The notes under the pieces: generated by a model
What the model was told of the DNA's origin: nothing
What the model saw: the letters and a program-made list of their open reading frames with translations, nothing else
Databases searched by the model: none
Virus record (IMG/VR): IMGVR_UViG_3300012344_000001
Coordinates: 1-64,000 of that record
Source: a virus
Taxonomy: Duplodnaviria > Caudoviricetes
DNA length: 64,000 nt
Strand: one strand, 5' to 3'
Program-made: the position numbers and the translations under genes
In this document: in pieces, positions 8,575 to 17,530 of the stretch
How positions within the stretch are numbered: position 1 is the stretch's first letter
How the letters are laid out: every line of letters begins with the position of its first letter

Positions 8575-9921
8575 TTAATACGCAGAACCAGCGCCAATAG
8601 CAACAATATAGACTTCAAGCGCAGCCGCATCGGATTTGTTGTTGATGTAAAGACTATTGTCAACAGCGCCCTTACTGATTTCCCAGCCAGCCATGCCGCT
8701 AAGGGCAGAAAACGTGGTCGTGGAACCGCACATATATACCACGGAAAGACCGCGATGAATGCTATCGCAGGCAGATACGAAGTAGACGCCGTCGGACATG
8801 CCAATCGTGATTGCTGCGTTCTTTTCAACGGTCACATGGTTCTTGGTGGCAGAATCGTCCTTGACTTCCTGCGTAAGATACGCCAGATTAACAGCGTGGT
8901 TGGGCGCGGTGGGCGTGCCAACATAGACAGGAATGTAATCCGCCTGTGTGTCAGCCTTCACGAACGCCGCATCGCCAGAAGTCGTGCCAGTCAGTCGAGC
9001 CCCAGCCGTACCAGAAGCTTCGATGGTGGAACCGATATAAAGCGGCGCAGCGCCATCAACATGAACCTTCTGCGCGTTGATAAGGTTCTGTCCGCCCATA
9101 TCAAGGTTGCCAGTCATGGTGCCACCAGAAGTGGGAAGAAGCGAAACGGTCGTCTGCGTCCACGCACCATCAGCATAAATGATTTCGGTGGAAATGCTGC
9201 CGGTCGAACCGCTGAAAATCATTTCGGCTTCAGCCGCATACGTCAGCGGATATTCGTTGTTATCAAGCACGGCGACAACATCCTTGTTGTCAGTAACAGC
9301 AGCAGAAATATCAGCAAAGGAGTGGTCGGCGTTCAATCCAGCAACGGGGTCGCGCTGGAACGTCACCTTGAAACGGCGGTCGTCCACATATTTCTTGGTC
9401 GCCGCACCAGTATCAGAAACAGGGTCGGCGGCAAGAAGAAGAGCGCCCGCCATAGTGCCGCCAGAAACAGGAAGATATTCGCCTTCTGCGTCAGCGTCTT
9501 CCCAAGTTTCAACAGAATCGGTGTATAAGTAGTGAATTGCCCGCGTGTGAACAGCAGTTCCGCCTGCAATGATATTGGTGTAGCCAAACGTGAACCCCGC
9601 CGCGCCATCGGAAATCTGCCCGTTAATCATCGGCAATTCGCTGCTGCCAATATGGACGGAAAGCACCTTATTGCCTTCATATGCTGCTTTAATCTGCGCC
9701 CATGTCTTGTCGGCGGTATAAACGCCGTTTTCGGCATCTTCGGTCAGATTGATAACGAACTTCGCAGCGGAACCAGCAGGTTCCGCACCAACGTCTGCGG
9801 CAGTAAGATTGACCTTTCCTGTCTTGCCATTGACGGATTCAACGGGGTGTTCGCCACCGCCAGCAACAGCAACAGAAAGGGCGTGCGCAGCTAAACCGCG
9901 CGCTACATTATCAGTCGCCAT
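8575..9921 (-). CDS. Tail fibre protein
   Basis: VESVNGKTGKV.L, YLPVSGGTM.G and P....AATKKYVD fibre repeats. Confidence 0.7.
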   Translation of the reverse strand: MATDNVARGLAAHALSVAVAGGGEHPVESVNGKTGKVNLTAADVGAEPAGSAAKFVINLTEDAENGVYTADKTWAQIKAAYEGNKVLSVHIGSSELPMINGQISDGAAGFTFGYTNIIAGGTAVHTRAIHYLYTDSVETWEDADAEGEYLPVSGGTMAGALLLAADPVSDTGAATKKYVDDRRFKVTFQRDPVAGLNADHSFADISAAVTDNKDVVAVLDNNEYPLTYAAEAEMIFSGSTGSISTEIIYADGAWTQTTVSLLPTSGGTMTGNLDMGGQNLINAQKVHVDGAAPLYIGSTIEASGTAGARLTGTTSGDAAFVKADTQADYIPVYVGTPTAPNHAVNLAYLTQEVKDDSATKNHVTVEKNAAITIGMSDGVYFVSACDSIHRGLSVVYMCGSTTTFSALSGMAGWEISKGAVDNSLYINNKSDAAALEVYIVAIGAGSAY

Positions 9922-10251
9922 TTACTCACCCAGCTTTCCAAACACAGTGACGTTACCACCAGCAACAGCGTTAATCTTCGCCTTGATTTTCACGATACCA
10001 TCGGCGGGCACAGCATAAATGCCAATGGCGGCAATCTTGCTATCGACATCAAAGTTGGTCATATTGATGCAAGAAAGCGCAACGAAATCGGCGTTGATGT
10101 CGGTTTGCCCAAGAATCTGCACGTCGATATTGGTCGCGGTTCCGCTTACCTGCACGATAATTTGCGAACCAAGATTGGGGTTGGAAAGCACGTTGCTTTC
10201 ACCAGCCGCAGTTGCGTCACTAAAAAAGATAAAATCATTCAAAACTTTCAT
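9922..10251 (-). CDS. Small beta-rich virion protein
   Basis: ORF with RBS in the tail module. Confidence 0.5.
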   Translation of the reverse strand: MKVLNDFIFFSDATAAGESNVLSNPNLGSQIIVQVSGTATNIDVQILGQTDINADFVALSCINMTNFDVDSKIAAIGIYAVPADGIVKIKAKINAVAGGNVTVFGKLGE

Positions 10252-10268
10252 ATTATCACCCTAAAAAG

Positions 10269-10412
10269 TTATTCACCAAGAATTTCAGCGGCTTCTTCTG
10301 TGGTAATCCACGGGCTGGACTTCGGAAACTTGGTTGCGTTAAGAACCATGGTTTTGTTCCAATACCCCGCATCATAATAACGCTTAACGAGTTCAAATTT
10401 CGGACTGTGCAT
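10269..10412 (-). CDS. XkdX-family small protein (47 aa)
   Basis: Hand translation MHSPKFELVKRYYDAGYWNKTMVLNA...WITTEEAAEILGE; TAATG overlap with the upstream gene. Confidence 0.75.
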   Translation of the reverse strand: MHSPKFELVKRYYDAGYWNKTMVLNATKFPKSSPWITTEEAAEILGE

Positions 10413-10723
10413 TATTCAGACACCTCCTCGGCAACGGTTTCATCAGCCGGAATGACAGTATCGGTCATCATTATAACATAATCAAGGTCAGCGCGCGCGG
10501 CGTTGATGCGCTCATTGATTTCGTCAATGCCCGCTTCGGAAATCACAACCTTCGGGCAACCCTTCAGCTTGCCAGCGTCAAAGCTATAAGCAACCGACTT
10601 AAAGGCAACACCCTGCGCGTCTTCCTTATTGGTGGGAACAAAACAGCCATTAGAACTGCGCTTGATATAGTTGAGTTCTTCGGCGTAGCCAAGGAAGTTT
10701 CCGTCAGAAAACAACTTATACAT
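10412..10723 (-). CDS. XkdW-like tail fibre assembly protein
   Basis: ADLDYVIMMTD C-terminal motif; precedes the XkdX-like gene. Confidence 0.55.
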   Translation of the reverse strand: MYKLFSDGNFLGYAEELNYIKRSSNGCFVPTNKEDAQGVAFKSVAYSFDAGKLKGCPKVVISEAGIDEINERINAARADLDYVIMMTDTVIPADETVAEEVSE

Positions 10724-11885
10724 TATAGAAATCCCTCCTTCTAATTGTCAATAAGTCATCATATCTAAAACCAAACGTTTTAACAAACAGCCGTTTCAGT
10801 CTAAAAGAACGGTTGTTATCATTAAAGTTGTCAAAATATGATATTATAGAATTCATCGAACAGTAAACATCTTCATATTTCATCTGCCCGCTATCCACCA
10901 TGCGCTTAAAGGCGCGAATTTTCCTTGCGGCGCGTCTATACGCCGGCTTACTTCCAAGCGTTTTAACGCCGCCAGTTTCAGTAAGCCGGTAGCGTATTTT
11001 ACAATACCGGAAAGATTTTGTAAGCTTTACATAATACGATTTGTCGCGGTTTACCTTTATTCCAAGTGATTCAGCAAAAGATAAAACCTTCATACGAATA
11101 TCCTGCGGATTCATCGTCGGTGGTATTATGATATAATAATCGTCCATATAATGACCACAGCCCTTAAATCCACATTGACACGTTAAATAACAATCGAGTT
11201 TCCATGGAAAGAAAATCATTTCCGCTTGACTTGGTTCTACGCCAAGCGGCATACCGAATCCAGAATTGTTGTTAAATCCAACAACATAATCACATAGTTT
11301 TCGCAGTCTTTCGTCAAAAATCAATTCTTTGTGATTTTCGTATATATTTTCGTGCTTTGCATTTGGGAAAAATTTCTTAAAATCAATTAGAAGCACCCAA
11401 CCTTCACGACCGTACTTCTTGAAATGTTCGCGCAAATCTTTCTTCAACTCATTTGAACTGAAGTGGAAACCTTTTCCTTTTTGACTTGCTCCGTTATTAT
11501 AAATCATCATTGGCGTATACAACGGCAAAAGAATATTCTGCGTGATAGCTTTATGTATTTGCCTATCAACAATTTTAGGAGCATCGATATCGCGCGTCTT
11601 TCCGCGTTCGGTCAGGACAAATCTGAAGTAGTCACCGCTTTTCCATTCGTCGTTTCTAACATTCGCCAAAGATTTTGCGGTAGTAGAAAACAAGTGCAAT
11701 TCAAAGTTTTGCACACTATGTTTCCACCGAACGCCATTACAACATTCTTTGCCACATTTATACATATCACCAAACGTAAACGCGCCATCAATTCCACCAA
11801 TGGATTCACAGCGCTTAATTTTGTTTAACAGACGTTTTTCTTGGCGTCTCTGATAGCGCGCTTCGCGCCTTTGCATACTGTTCAT
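10716..11885 (-). CDS. DGR reverse transcriptase
   Basis: ERGK.R, DFKKFF, GMPLGVEPSQ and YMDD motifs; no maturase/HNH extension. Likely start MNSMQRREARYQRR at 11885 (ORF track extends to 11957). Adjacent to TR and avd. Confidence 0.95.
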   Translation of the reverse strand: MNSMQRREARYQRRQEKRLLNKIKRCESIGGIDGAFTFGDMYKCGKECCNGVRWKHSVQNFELHLFSTTAKSLANVRNDEWKSGDYFRFVLTERGKTRDIDAPKIVDRQIHKAITQNILLPLYTPMMIYNNGASQKGKGFHFSSNELKKDLREHFKKYGREGWVLLIDFKKFFPNAKHENIYENHKELIFDERLRKLCDYVVGFNNNSGFGMPLGVEPSQAEMIFFPWKLDCYLTCQCGFKGCGHYMDDYYIIIPPTMNPQDIRMKVLSFAESLGIKVNRDKSYYVKLTKSFRYCKIRYRLTETGGVKTLGSKPAYRRAARKIRAFKRMVDSGQMKYEDVYCSMNSIISYFDNFNDNNRSFRLKRLFVKTFGFRYDDLLTIRRRDFYNV

Positions 11886-12109
11886 AAATAAAATACCCCG
11901 CGTACAAGACTTGGAATAACCAATCCCGCATAGAACACTTGCATAATCGTTACACATGAAATCGGATTTGCCTTCCGACCATGCAAGAAGCGTCCGTGCA
12001 ACGATATCGCGGGGTTGTTTTGGAAGGAATACACCTTCACGGGAAATGTTTCTCCTTTAATAAGGGTCGTAAAACTTTCAAGAAGTTTTTGATTAACCCA
12101 ATGCTATCG

Positions 12110-12231
12110 AATCCACTGCGAGCCCATTCGAATTATTAGCGTTGTTATTGTTGGCAGTACCGTTGGTGTTCACATTGCAGAAATTGTTGGTGTTCGTCGC
12201 ATTCACGGAACGCTCCCACCAATACACGGCA
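12110..12231 (-). repeat. DGR template repeat (TR)
   Basis: Aligns without gaps to 12900-13021. All 30 mismatches are at TR adenines (36 A in the TR). Rich in AAC/AAT codons. Confidence 0.97.
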
Positions 12232-12277
12232 AACACGCCCACGGGCACAGAGATACAGAAACATACCCAAATAAGTC

Positions 12278-12832
12278 TTAAATACTTAATTCAAATTCAA
12301 AATCAGATATACGCATTTGACCTTCAAGTTCTTCTGAAAGTTCAATATACTTCTTTTCTTCTTTTTCAAATGTGCGCACCTTGTCGTGCGCAGTCTTCTT
12401 TACTTTCAAAAGAATGGCAACTTCCTTATTAAACACTTCACTGACCGCCACACACATTTTATCCAATTTTTCAACAGCTTCAGTTTCAGAAACTGATCTA
12501 CCGTTAGACTTAGAAAACGCACCTTGCGGATTAAGTCTTAGAATGCCATAAATATGTGAATACATAACATCCAAAGCATTTAACGAACCAAGCGCCTTTA
12601 TTAAATAAAATTCGCGCATCTTTGCATATTCGTAACAACTTGGATAGGCATTATGCGCCTTAATGCAACATTCCAAAACTTCAGATGCCAGACTTATTGT
12701 TCGTTCTGATAGAAGACGCGAATATCTGGCAGACAACCGCGATACAAAATTAACAGTCCACGAAAACAGGTCGTCGGCAAGTTTAATATATTCTATGGTA
12801 CTTTCGTTTCTTTTAGGTCTTAAAACAGACAT
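12278..12832 (-). CDS. avd: DGR accessory variability determinant (Avd-like four-helix bundle)
   Basis: MSVLRPKRNES N-terminus, helical, lies between the target gene and TR/RT. Confidence 0.8.
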   Translation of the reverse strand: MSVLRPKRNESTIEYIKLADDLFSWTVNFVSRLSARYSRLLSERTISLASEVLECCIKAHNAYPSCYEYAKMREFYLIKALGSLNALDVMYSHIYGILRLNPQGAFSKSNGRSVSETEAVEKLDKMCVAVSEVFNKEVAILLKVKKTAHDKVRTFEKEEKKYIELSEELEGQMRISDFEFELSI

Positions 12833-12846
12833 GTAAGAATCCTTTC

Positions 12847-12862
12847 GCGCGCTTTCGCGCGC
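12847..12862 (-). promoter_or_regulatory. DGR target-recognition hairpin downstream of VR
   Basis: GCGCGC-GAAA-GCGCGC on the coding strand about 27 nt after the target stop codon; a GC stem with GRNA loop as described for phage DGRs. Confidence 0.75.
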
Positions 12863-12888
12863 TGTGTATTAAGTGTTGTTTGACTTCG

Positions 12889-13908
12889 TCAAACTTTGAA
12901 AGCCACTGCGAGCCCAAACGAAAGATAAGCGTAGGCAAAGGAGGCAGCACCGGAGGCGGCCACAAAGCAGAAAAGGCTGGAGGTCGCCGCAAACACGGAA
13001 CGCTCCCACCAACACACGGCAGTCGCCGTCGAATCGTGACGGTACTTGACCTTCGAATTACCGGCGACATAGTAAGCGTACTGCTGTTGCTTGGTCTGTT
13101 CGGCTGCGTTTGCATAGCTACGCGCGCCAAAAATTTCAAATTCAGCAAGCAGATAAAGTTCATCCTGCGTGGCGGTGACATAGCTTGCAGCAGTAGATGA
13201 GCCACCGGTATTGTCTGTATAAATGGTCGTAGTTTTCAGCACCGACTGCAAATCGCTGGGCAACGCTGCCTTGACAACGGGTAACGTGTTGTTGCGCATA
13301 TTGCAGGATGCCCAGCCGCCGGTCGTACTATTGTTATTGTTCATATTAAACCACTGACCGCTGGATTTTTGCGAATTATATCCGCTGTCGCACAGCGCAA
13401 CATCAATACCACTGGAAGCGGCAGTCTTGAATCCACCAAAAGCGATACCAGTACCTTCAACAGAACTGTTGTGGTCAAAACCAATAATATAAACATAGGT
13501 AGAATAGTTGCTTAACGTTAATCCATCGGACACTTTACCGTTAATCGTAATTTGTTTAGTGTCACCGACCGCCCAATAGTTGGATGCGACACCAGAATCA
13601 GATGCCTGTTTAACCTGCGCCCACGTTGCATTATTGAGAACGGCAGGAATAAACTCAAGCGCAATAAAGTAAACTTCGATAGCGGTCACTTCAACCGTCT
13701 TTTCAACGGTCGTTCCGGCGCTCACACCAGTAACCGTCCACGTTCCATACGCTGGGATAGCAAACGACCACGTGCCAGAAGATTCTTCCGCAGTCAGAAC
13801 AGTAGAACCCTTCTTGCAGGTAACAGTGCTTCCTGTTGGCGCAGAAACAACAATAATGGGTGACAGGCTTGCGCCGCCACCACCAGTACCCTGATTAAAG
13901 ATAGGCAT
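12889..13908 (-). CDS. DGR target protein (DUF6273/CLec-like C-terminal domain; tail receptor-binding candidate)
   Basis: C-terminal VR encoding AVCWWERSVFAATSSLFCFVAASGAASFAYAYLSFGLAVA; located in the tail module. Confidence 0.92.
   Translation of the reverse strand: MPIFNQGTGGGGASLSPIIVVSAPTGSTVTCKKGSTVLTAEESSGTWSFAIPAYGTWTVTGVSAGTTVEKTVEVTAIEVYFIALEFIPAVLNNATWAQVKQASDSGVASNYWAVGDTKQITINGKVSDGLTLSNYSTYVYIIGFDHNSSVEGTGIAFGGFKTAASSGIDVALCDSGYNSQKSSGQWFNMNNNNSTTGGWASCNMRNNTLPVVKAALPSDLQSVLKTTTIYTDNTGGSSTAASYVTATQDELYLLAEFEIFGARSYANAAEQTKQQQYAYYVAGNSKVKYRHDSTATAVCWWERSVFAATSSLFCFVAASGAASFAYAYLSFGLAVAFKV
12900..13021 (-). repeat. DGR variable repeat (VR)
   Basis: Adenine-specific divergence from TR 12110-12231. 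Confidence 0.97.
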
Positions 13909-13931
13909 TTTAATAAACTCCTTCTTAAAAT

Positions 13932-14240
13932 TTACGTACCGCTAACATTTGACAAGACAATGGCAGTAGACAGGTTGCACCAATATGCAACATTTACCAC
14001 GTCGCCAGCCTTAACGGTTTGCCCCGTCACAATATATGCGGTAAAATCACTTGACGCATCTTCCGCAAAGGGCATACGAACAGTTGCTACCTTGTTATTA
14101 ACAGATACGACGTTTGCGGTAATAACGCGCAAATAGTTTTTAAGCGCAGAATCCAGTTCTGCGTGAACAATTTTCTGGATTTCTGCAATCAGTAAATTAG
14201 GATTCTCCACTGGATTCCGCACCCCCGAAATCAAATTCAT
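13932..14240 (-). CDS. Small OB-fold-like tail/baseplate protein
   Basis: Synteny; A.VVSV...ATV...KAGDVV.V pattern. Confidence 0.5.
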   Translation of the reverse strand: MNLISGVRNPVENPNLLIAEIQKIVHAELDSALKNYLRVITANVVSVNNKVATVRMPFAEDASSDFTAYIVTGQTVKAGDVVNVAYWCNLSTAIVLSNVSGT

Positions 14241-15462
14241 TTACAGAAGTCGCCGTAATTGACATTGTACCCGTCGAACCAATCGGTAGGTCAATGCCAC
14301 TAATCAGCAGCGCTTCTTTGTTGTTCGTATACGGACGGACACATTCAATCAAACGATTTTCACGCAAATGGAACATTGGCGCAGACGTAATCACAACGCT
14401 ACGTTGCTTAATCGTCTGGCGTTTTAGGTAGTATTGCGCAAGTTCATTACACTGGTCGTCCGTATAGTAGGCAGTATCTTCGTATGGCGGATACGTCTTA
14501 ATGCCGACAATCTGAATTGCAGTCGGCGACGCTGTATTCTTATTTTGTGCCCGCCCCTTCGCCTGCTTGCCGTTCGTAGTGTACCCAATCACGATAATAT
14601 CATTGTAGAATGTACCGAAGTCGTGCGTGGAATCTTCCGATAAGAATTCCTGTTCGTTCGGCGTAAAAGTCCACAGAATGGGCTTCGAACTATCAACAAT
14701 ATCGTCCTGTGTGGGTTCAATCGTCAGACGCCCGTCAACGTCATAGTAGATATATGCACCAAGCATGGTCGCAAATTCCAACAGCACGTCAGCATACGTT
14801 TTGCCATATTCCATACGAATTTCATACGGCGTATTGATTGCTTTCCATTTAGACCCTGCTTCTTCATATTCCTTAGTAATATAATAAGACGCAAGGTTTG
14901 GCTGAATCGGGTCGACAGCGTTCGTTTGCGGTTCGCCCTTTTCGTCCACATTTTCACCAGTAAAACGCGAAGTCTTCAACAGTTTTGTCAGCGCATCATA
15001 GATGTTGGAACCTACGGGCACAAGATAGATTCCATCAAGATTTCCCCACATCGTGCCATCAAGAAAACACCACTTATCAATCAAATGCAGCGCGACAGTT
15101 CGCTGTGCTGGAGCATTTGTTTCTTCAACAGAATTGACATAGAACACGCCCTGCGGGAAATAATATGGTTCGCCGTCAGACAGGTATACGCCCATCCATA
15201 GTTTTACCATCTTGCCGTACCACATCCCGTAGACATCAACAGAAAACTGTCCGTCGCTGTTGTCAAGTTCAATATCGGCAGTTCGACGCGTTCCATTTTC
15301 CATGCCAACAGAAAGCGTGCCAGACATATCCACATACGAACTTGTAATTTCTGCATAGGCGGTGCCATCGTTGTTCACCCATTCAAGCTTGATGGCGTAC
15401 CTACAATTTGTTTTCAGTATAGCAAGATATTCGCTATACTTATCAGGGAATACCAATGGCAC
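14197..15462 (-). CDS. Tail/baseplate hub protein (DUF5048-like)
   Basis: RRTADIEL, PQGVF, L.DK, YYDVDGRL motifs; second gene after the TMP. Confidence 0.7.
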   Translation of the reverse strand: MPLVFPDKYSEYLAILKTNCRYAIKLEWVNNDGTAYAEITSSYVDMSGTLSVGMENGTRRTADIELDNSDGQFSVDVYGMWYGKMVKLWMGVYLSDGEPYYFPQGVFYVNSVEETNAPAQRTVALHLIDKWCFLDGTMWGNLDGIYLVPVGSNIYDALTKLLKTSRFTGENVDEKGEPQTNAVDPIQPNLASYYITKEYEEAGSKWKAINTPYEIRMEYGKTYADVLLEFATMLGAYIYYDVDGRLTIEPTQDDIVDSSKPILWTFTPNEQEFLSEDSTHDFGTFYNDIIVIGYTTNGKQAKGRAQNKNTASPTAIQIVGIKTYPPYEDTAYYTDDQCNELAQYYLKRQTIKQRSVVITSAPMFHLRENRLIECVRPYTNNKEALLISGIDLPIGSTGTMSITATSVNEFDFGGAESSGES

Positions 15463-15469
15463 TCACCCC

Positions 15470-17530
15470 TTACATTTTATTAGTGATAACCGCGTTAGAC
15501 GCATCGCCAATTTCCATCCAACCAAGAGTAACAACAACAGCCTGTTCAACATATTCGTCGGTTGTCTTTTCACTGACGGCAGAATTTAGGCGCACCTTCC
15601 ACATGTTGCCCTTGCGGTCTTTCAAGAATTTGTCGCGATTGTCCGTGGTTAGTGCTTTTAATTCATCCATCTGTTCAACGGTATCCTTATAGGTTACACC
15701 GCAGTTGCCAATAAACGCAGAAAGCGTTCCAGACCAGTAATTAGACGAAGAATTCTGCACTTTTGCGTACCTTGTAAAGTTTTGCAATTCGTTGAACGTT
15801 GTGTTGTTGGACATGCTACCAGAACTAACATCAAGGTCGAAACGATATGTCTTGTTCTGATAATACGTGTCATCATTAACCTTATCACAAACAATAAGCG
15901 ACCAATCCCACCAGTTGGGCGTCACTACGTTAGACGACGCGGACGCACCAATCTTGTCACCAAATACAGGAAATACATAGTACATCATGCCGGTCTGATT
16001 CCTTACGGTGTAGTCTGTAAAACCATTGACGGTTGCGCCGACAGAAACAACTGGCTTTAAGAAGGACGAACCTGCTTCTATACTATACACAATCCAGCCG
16101 GTAACAGGAACTTCAGAATCAATATTGCCCGCGCGGAAGTTACCATTAAAAACCGCAAGCAAAAGCGTTTCATTATCCCAGACAGGAAGGTTGTTAATAT
16201 TGCTAAGATATTCCACATCGGCATCCGTTATGGCACGGTCTTCGACCCAAATATAACGCATTAAAACATCACCAGAAGTAGCAATGGAATTCCACACGCC
16301 ACCATCGTCGATATCCACATCGGTATATATCTTGGCGAACGGGCTAATCACATAACGCGGATACAATTCGTCATTTGGATAAAGGCCATTGCGTGGATAA
16401 ACTGGCGCATCTTCAGACCATTCAATTCCATAAACGCGATGCGGTTCTATTACTACGGTAAGCCACTTTTGAACGATTGTCTTCAAAAACAATGGCGTAT
16501 CAACACCATTGATGCTTAGAATGATTTCATCGGCAGTAGACTTCAGTTCAATATAATAGGGCGCACCACTGGAATCTTTTCCGGTCGCCTTATAAATACT
16601 TCTATTAACACCGTCAACCCAGAATCCGATGACGTGAGACACCGAAGATGGGAACGCCATCTGTGCTGTATTAACCGTGTCGAACTTAATGGTTTCACCC
16701 GTTTTAATATGGATATATTTATTTTCATATCCTTCGCGACCGTCTTGAACATATTCATAGTTGTCACCCGTAGCAGAACCATCAATATAGTTAAGTTTAT
16801 TCCACCTTACGTCAACGCCAGAATCGCTTCTAACTTCTGTATTAACAAGGTTTTCAAACGTAACAAGCTGGTAGTTTACGGTGAACTGCTGAAATTCTGT
16901 TTCTACACTTGTGCCGTCGTTCAACCAGCATTTAACCTTGATTTCTTCGGTGGTTCCGCTAAGGAATCCATCGTAAGACACGCGGATATCAGACGAATAG
17001 ATGTTGTTTTCGTCAATAGTATTCACTGTTTCTTCGCCTGTGTCTTTGTTGCGGATAATCCAGCCGAATCGTTCCACGCCAATACCCTGTGCCTGTGTTA
17101 CAGACGCAGTAAACGTGTACGAACGGGTTGTCATCACATCAACAAAGTTGGTGATTGAAATAGTCGCTGCGGCATACGCCTTAAACACGTTTTCATACGA
17201 TTCGTATTTATCGTCGTCAGACCAATACGAAGTCATAGTCCATTTGTATTCGTTGCCGTTTTCCATTGTGGAACTGGCAGGGACGCTTACGACCAGTTCG
17301 TTCTGCGTCCCGTCATAGTTCACGGGGTAAAGCGGGGAATCTAAAGTAACGACGCCGCTATCATACACGGCGGTAGATGCGGCGTCATTCTTCATAATCT
17401 TTAACTGATATTTAGTTGTAGGGCTTGTGCCATTGATTCTACAGCGGAAGTCATTGGCAACAGTCGCGTCAATGGTGTAGTCCGACGTCAGCGTCGAAGG
17501 GATAAGCCCTGACGGGCGATACTGTCCCAT
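15470..17530 (-). CDS. Distal tail/minor tail protein
   Basis: Directly follows the TMP; beta-rich; KFLKDRKG C-terminal motif. Confidence 0.65.
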   Translation of the reverse strand: MGQYRPSGLIPSTLTSDYTIDATVANDFRCRINGTSPTTKYQLKIMKNDAASTAVYDSGVVTLDSPLYPVNYDGTQNELVVSVPASSTMENGNEYKWTMTSYWSDDDKYESYENVFKAYAAATISITNFVDVMTTRSYTFTASVTQAQGIGVERFGWIIRNKDTGEETVNTIDENNIYSSDIRVSYDGFLSGTTEEIKVKCWLNDGTSVETEFQQFTVNYQLVTFENLVNTEVRSDSGVDVRWNKLNYIDGSATGDNYEYVQDGREGYENKYIHIKTGETIKFDTVNTAQMAFPSSVSHVIGFWVDGVNRSIYKATGKDSSGAPYYIELKSTADEIILSINGVDTPLFLKTIVQKWLTVVIEPHRVYGIEWSEDAPVYPRNGLYPNDELYPRYVISPFAKIYTDVDIDDGGVWNSIATSGDVLMRYIWVEDRAITDADVEYLSNINNLPVWDNETLLLAVFNGNFRAGNIDSEVPVTGWIVYSIEAGSSFLKPVVSVGATVNGFTDYTVRNQTGMMYYVFPVFGDKIGASASSNVVTPNWWDWSLIVCDKVNDDTYYQNKTYRFDLDVSSGSMSNNTTFNELQNFTRYAKVQNSSSNYWSGTLSAFIGNCGVTYKDTVEQMDELKALTTDNRDKFLKDRKGNMWKVRLNSAVSEKTTDEYVEQAVVVTLGWMEIGDASNAVITNKM

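Noticed and set aside
234-9528. Long plus-strand ORFs (234..1415, 3760..5493, 5411..6949, 6900..8015, 8158..9528, and similar ones opposite the capsid, portal and TMP genes)
   Set aside because: Antisense shadows of codon-biased minus-strand genes; no recognisable motifs.
10716-11957. RT as a group II intron, retron or Abi RT
   Set aside because: No maturase/HNH extension noted; the adjacent TR/VR with A-only mismatches and avd identify a DGR.
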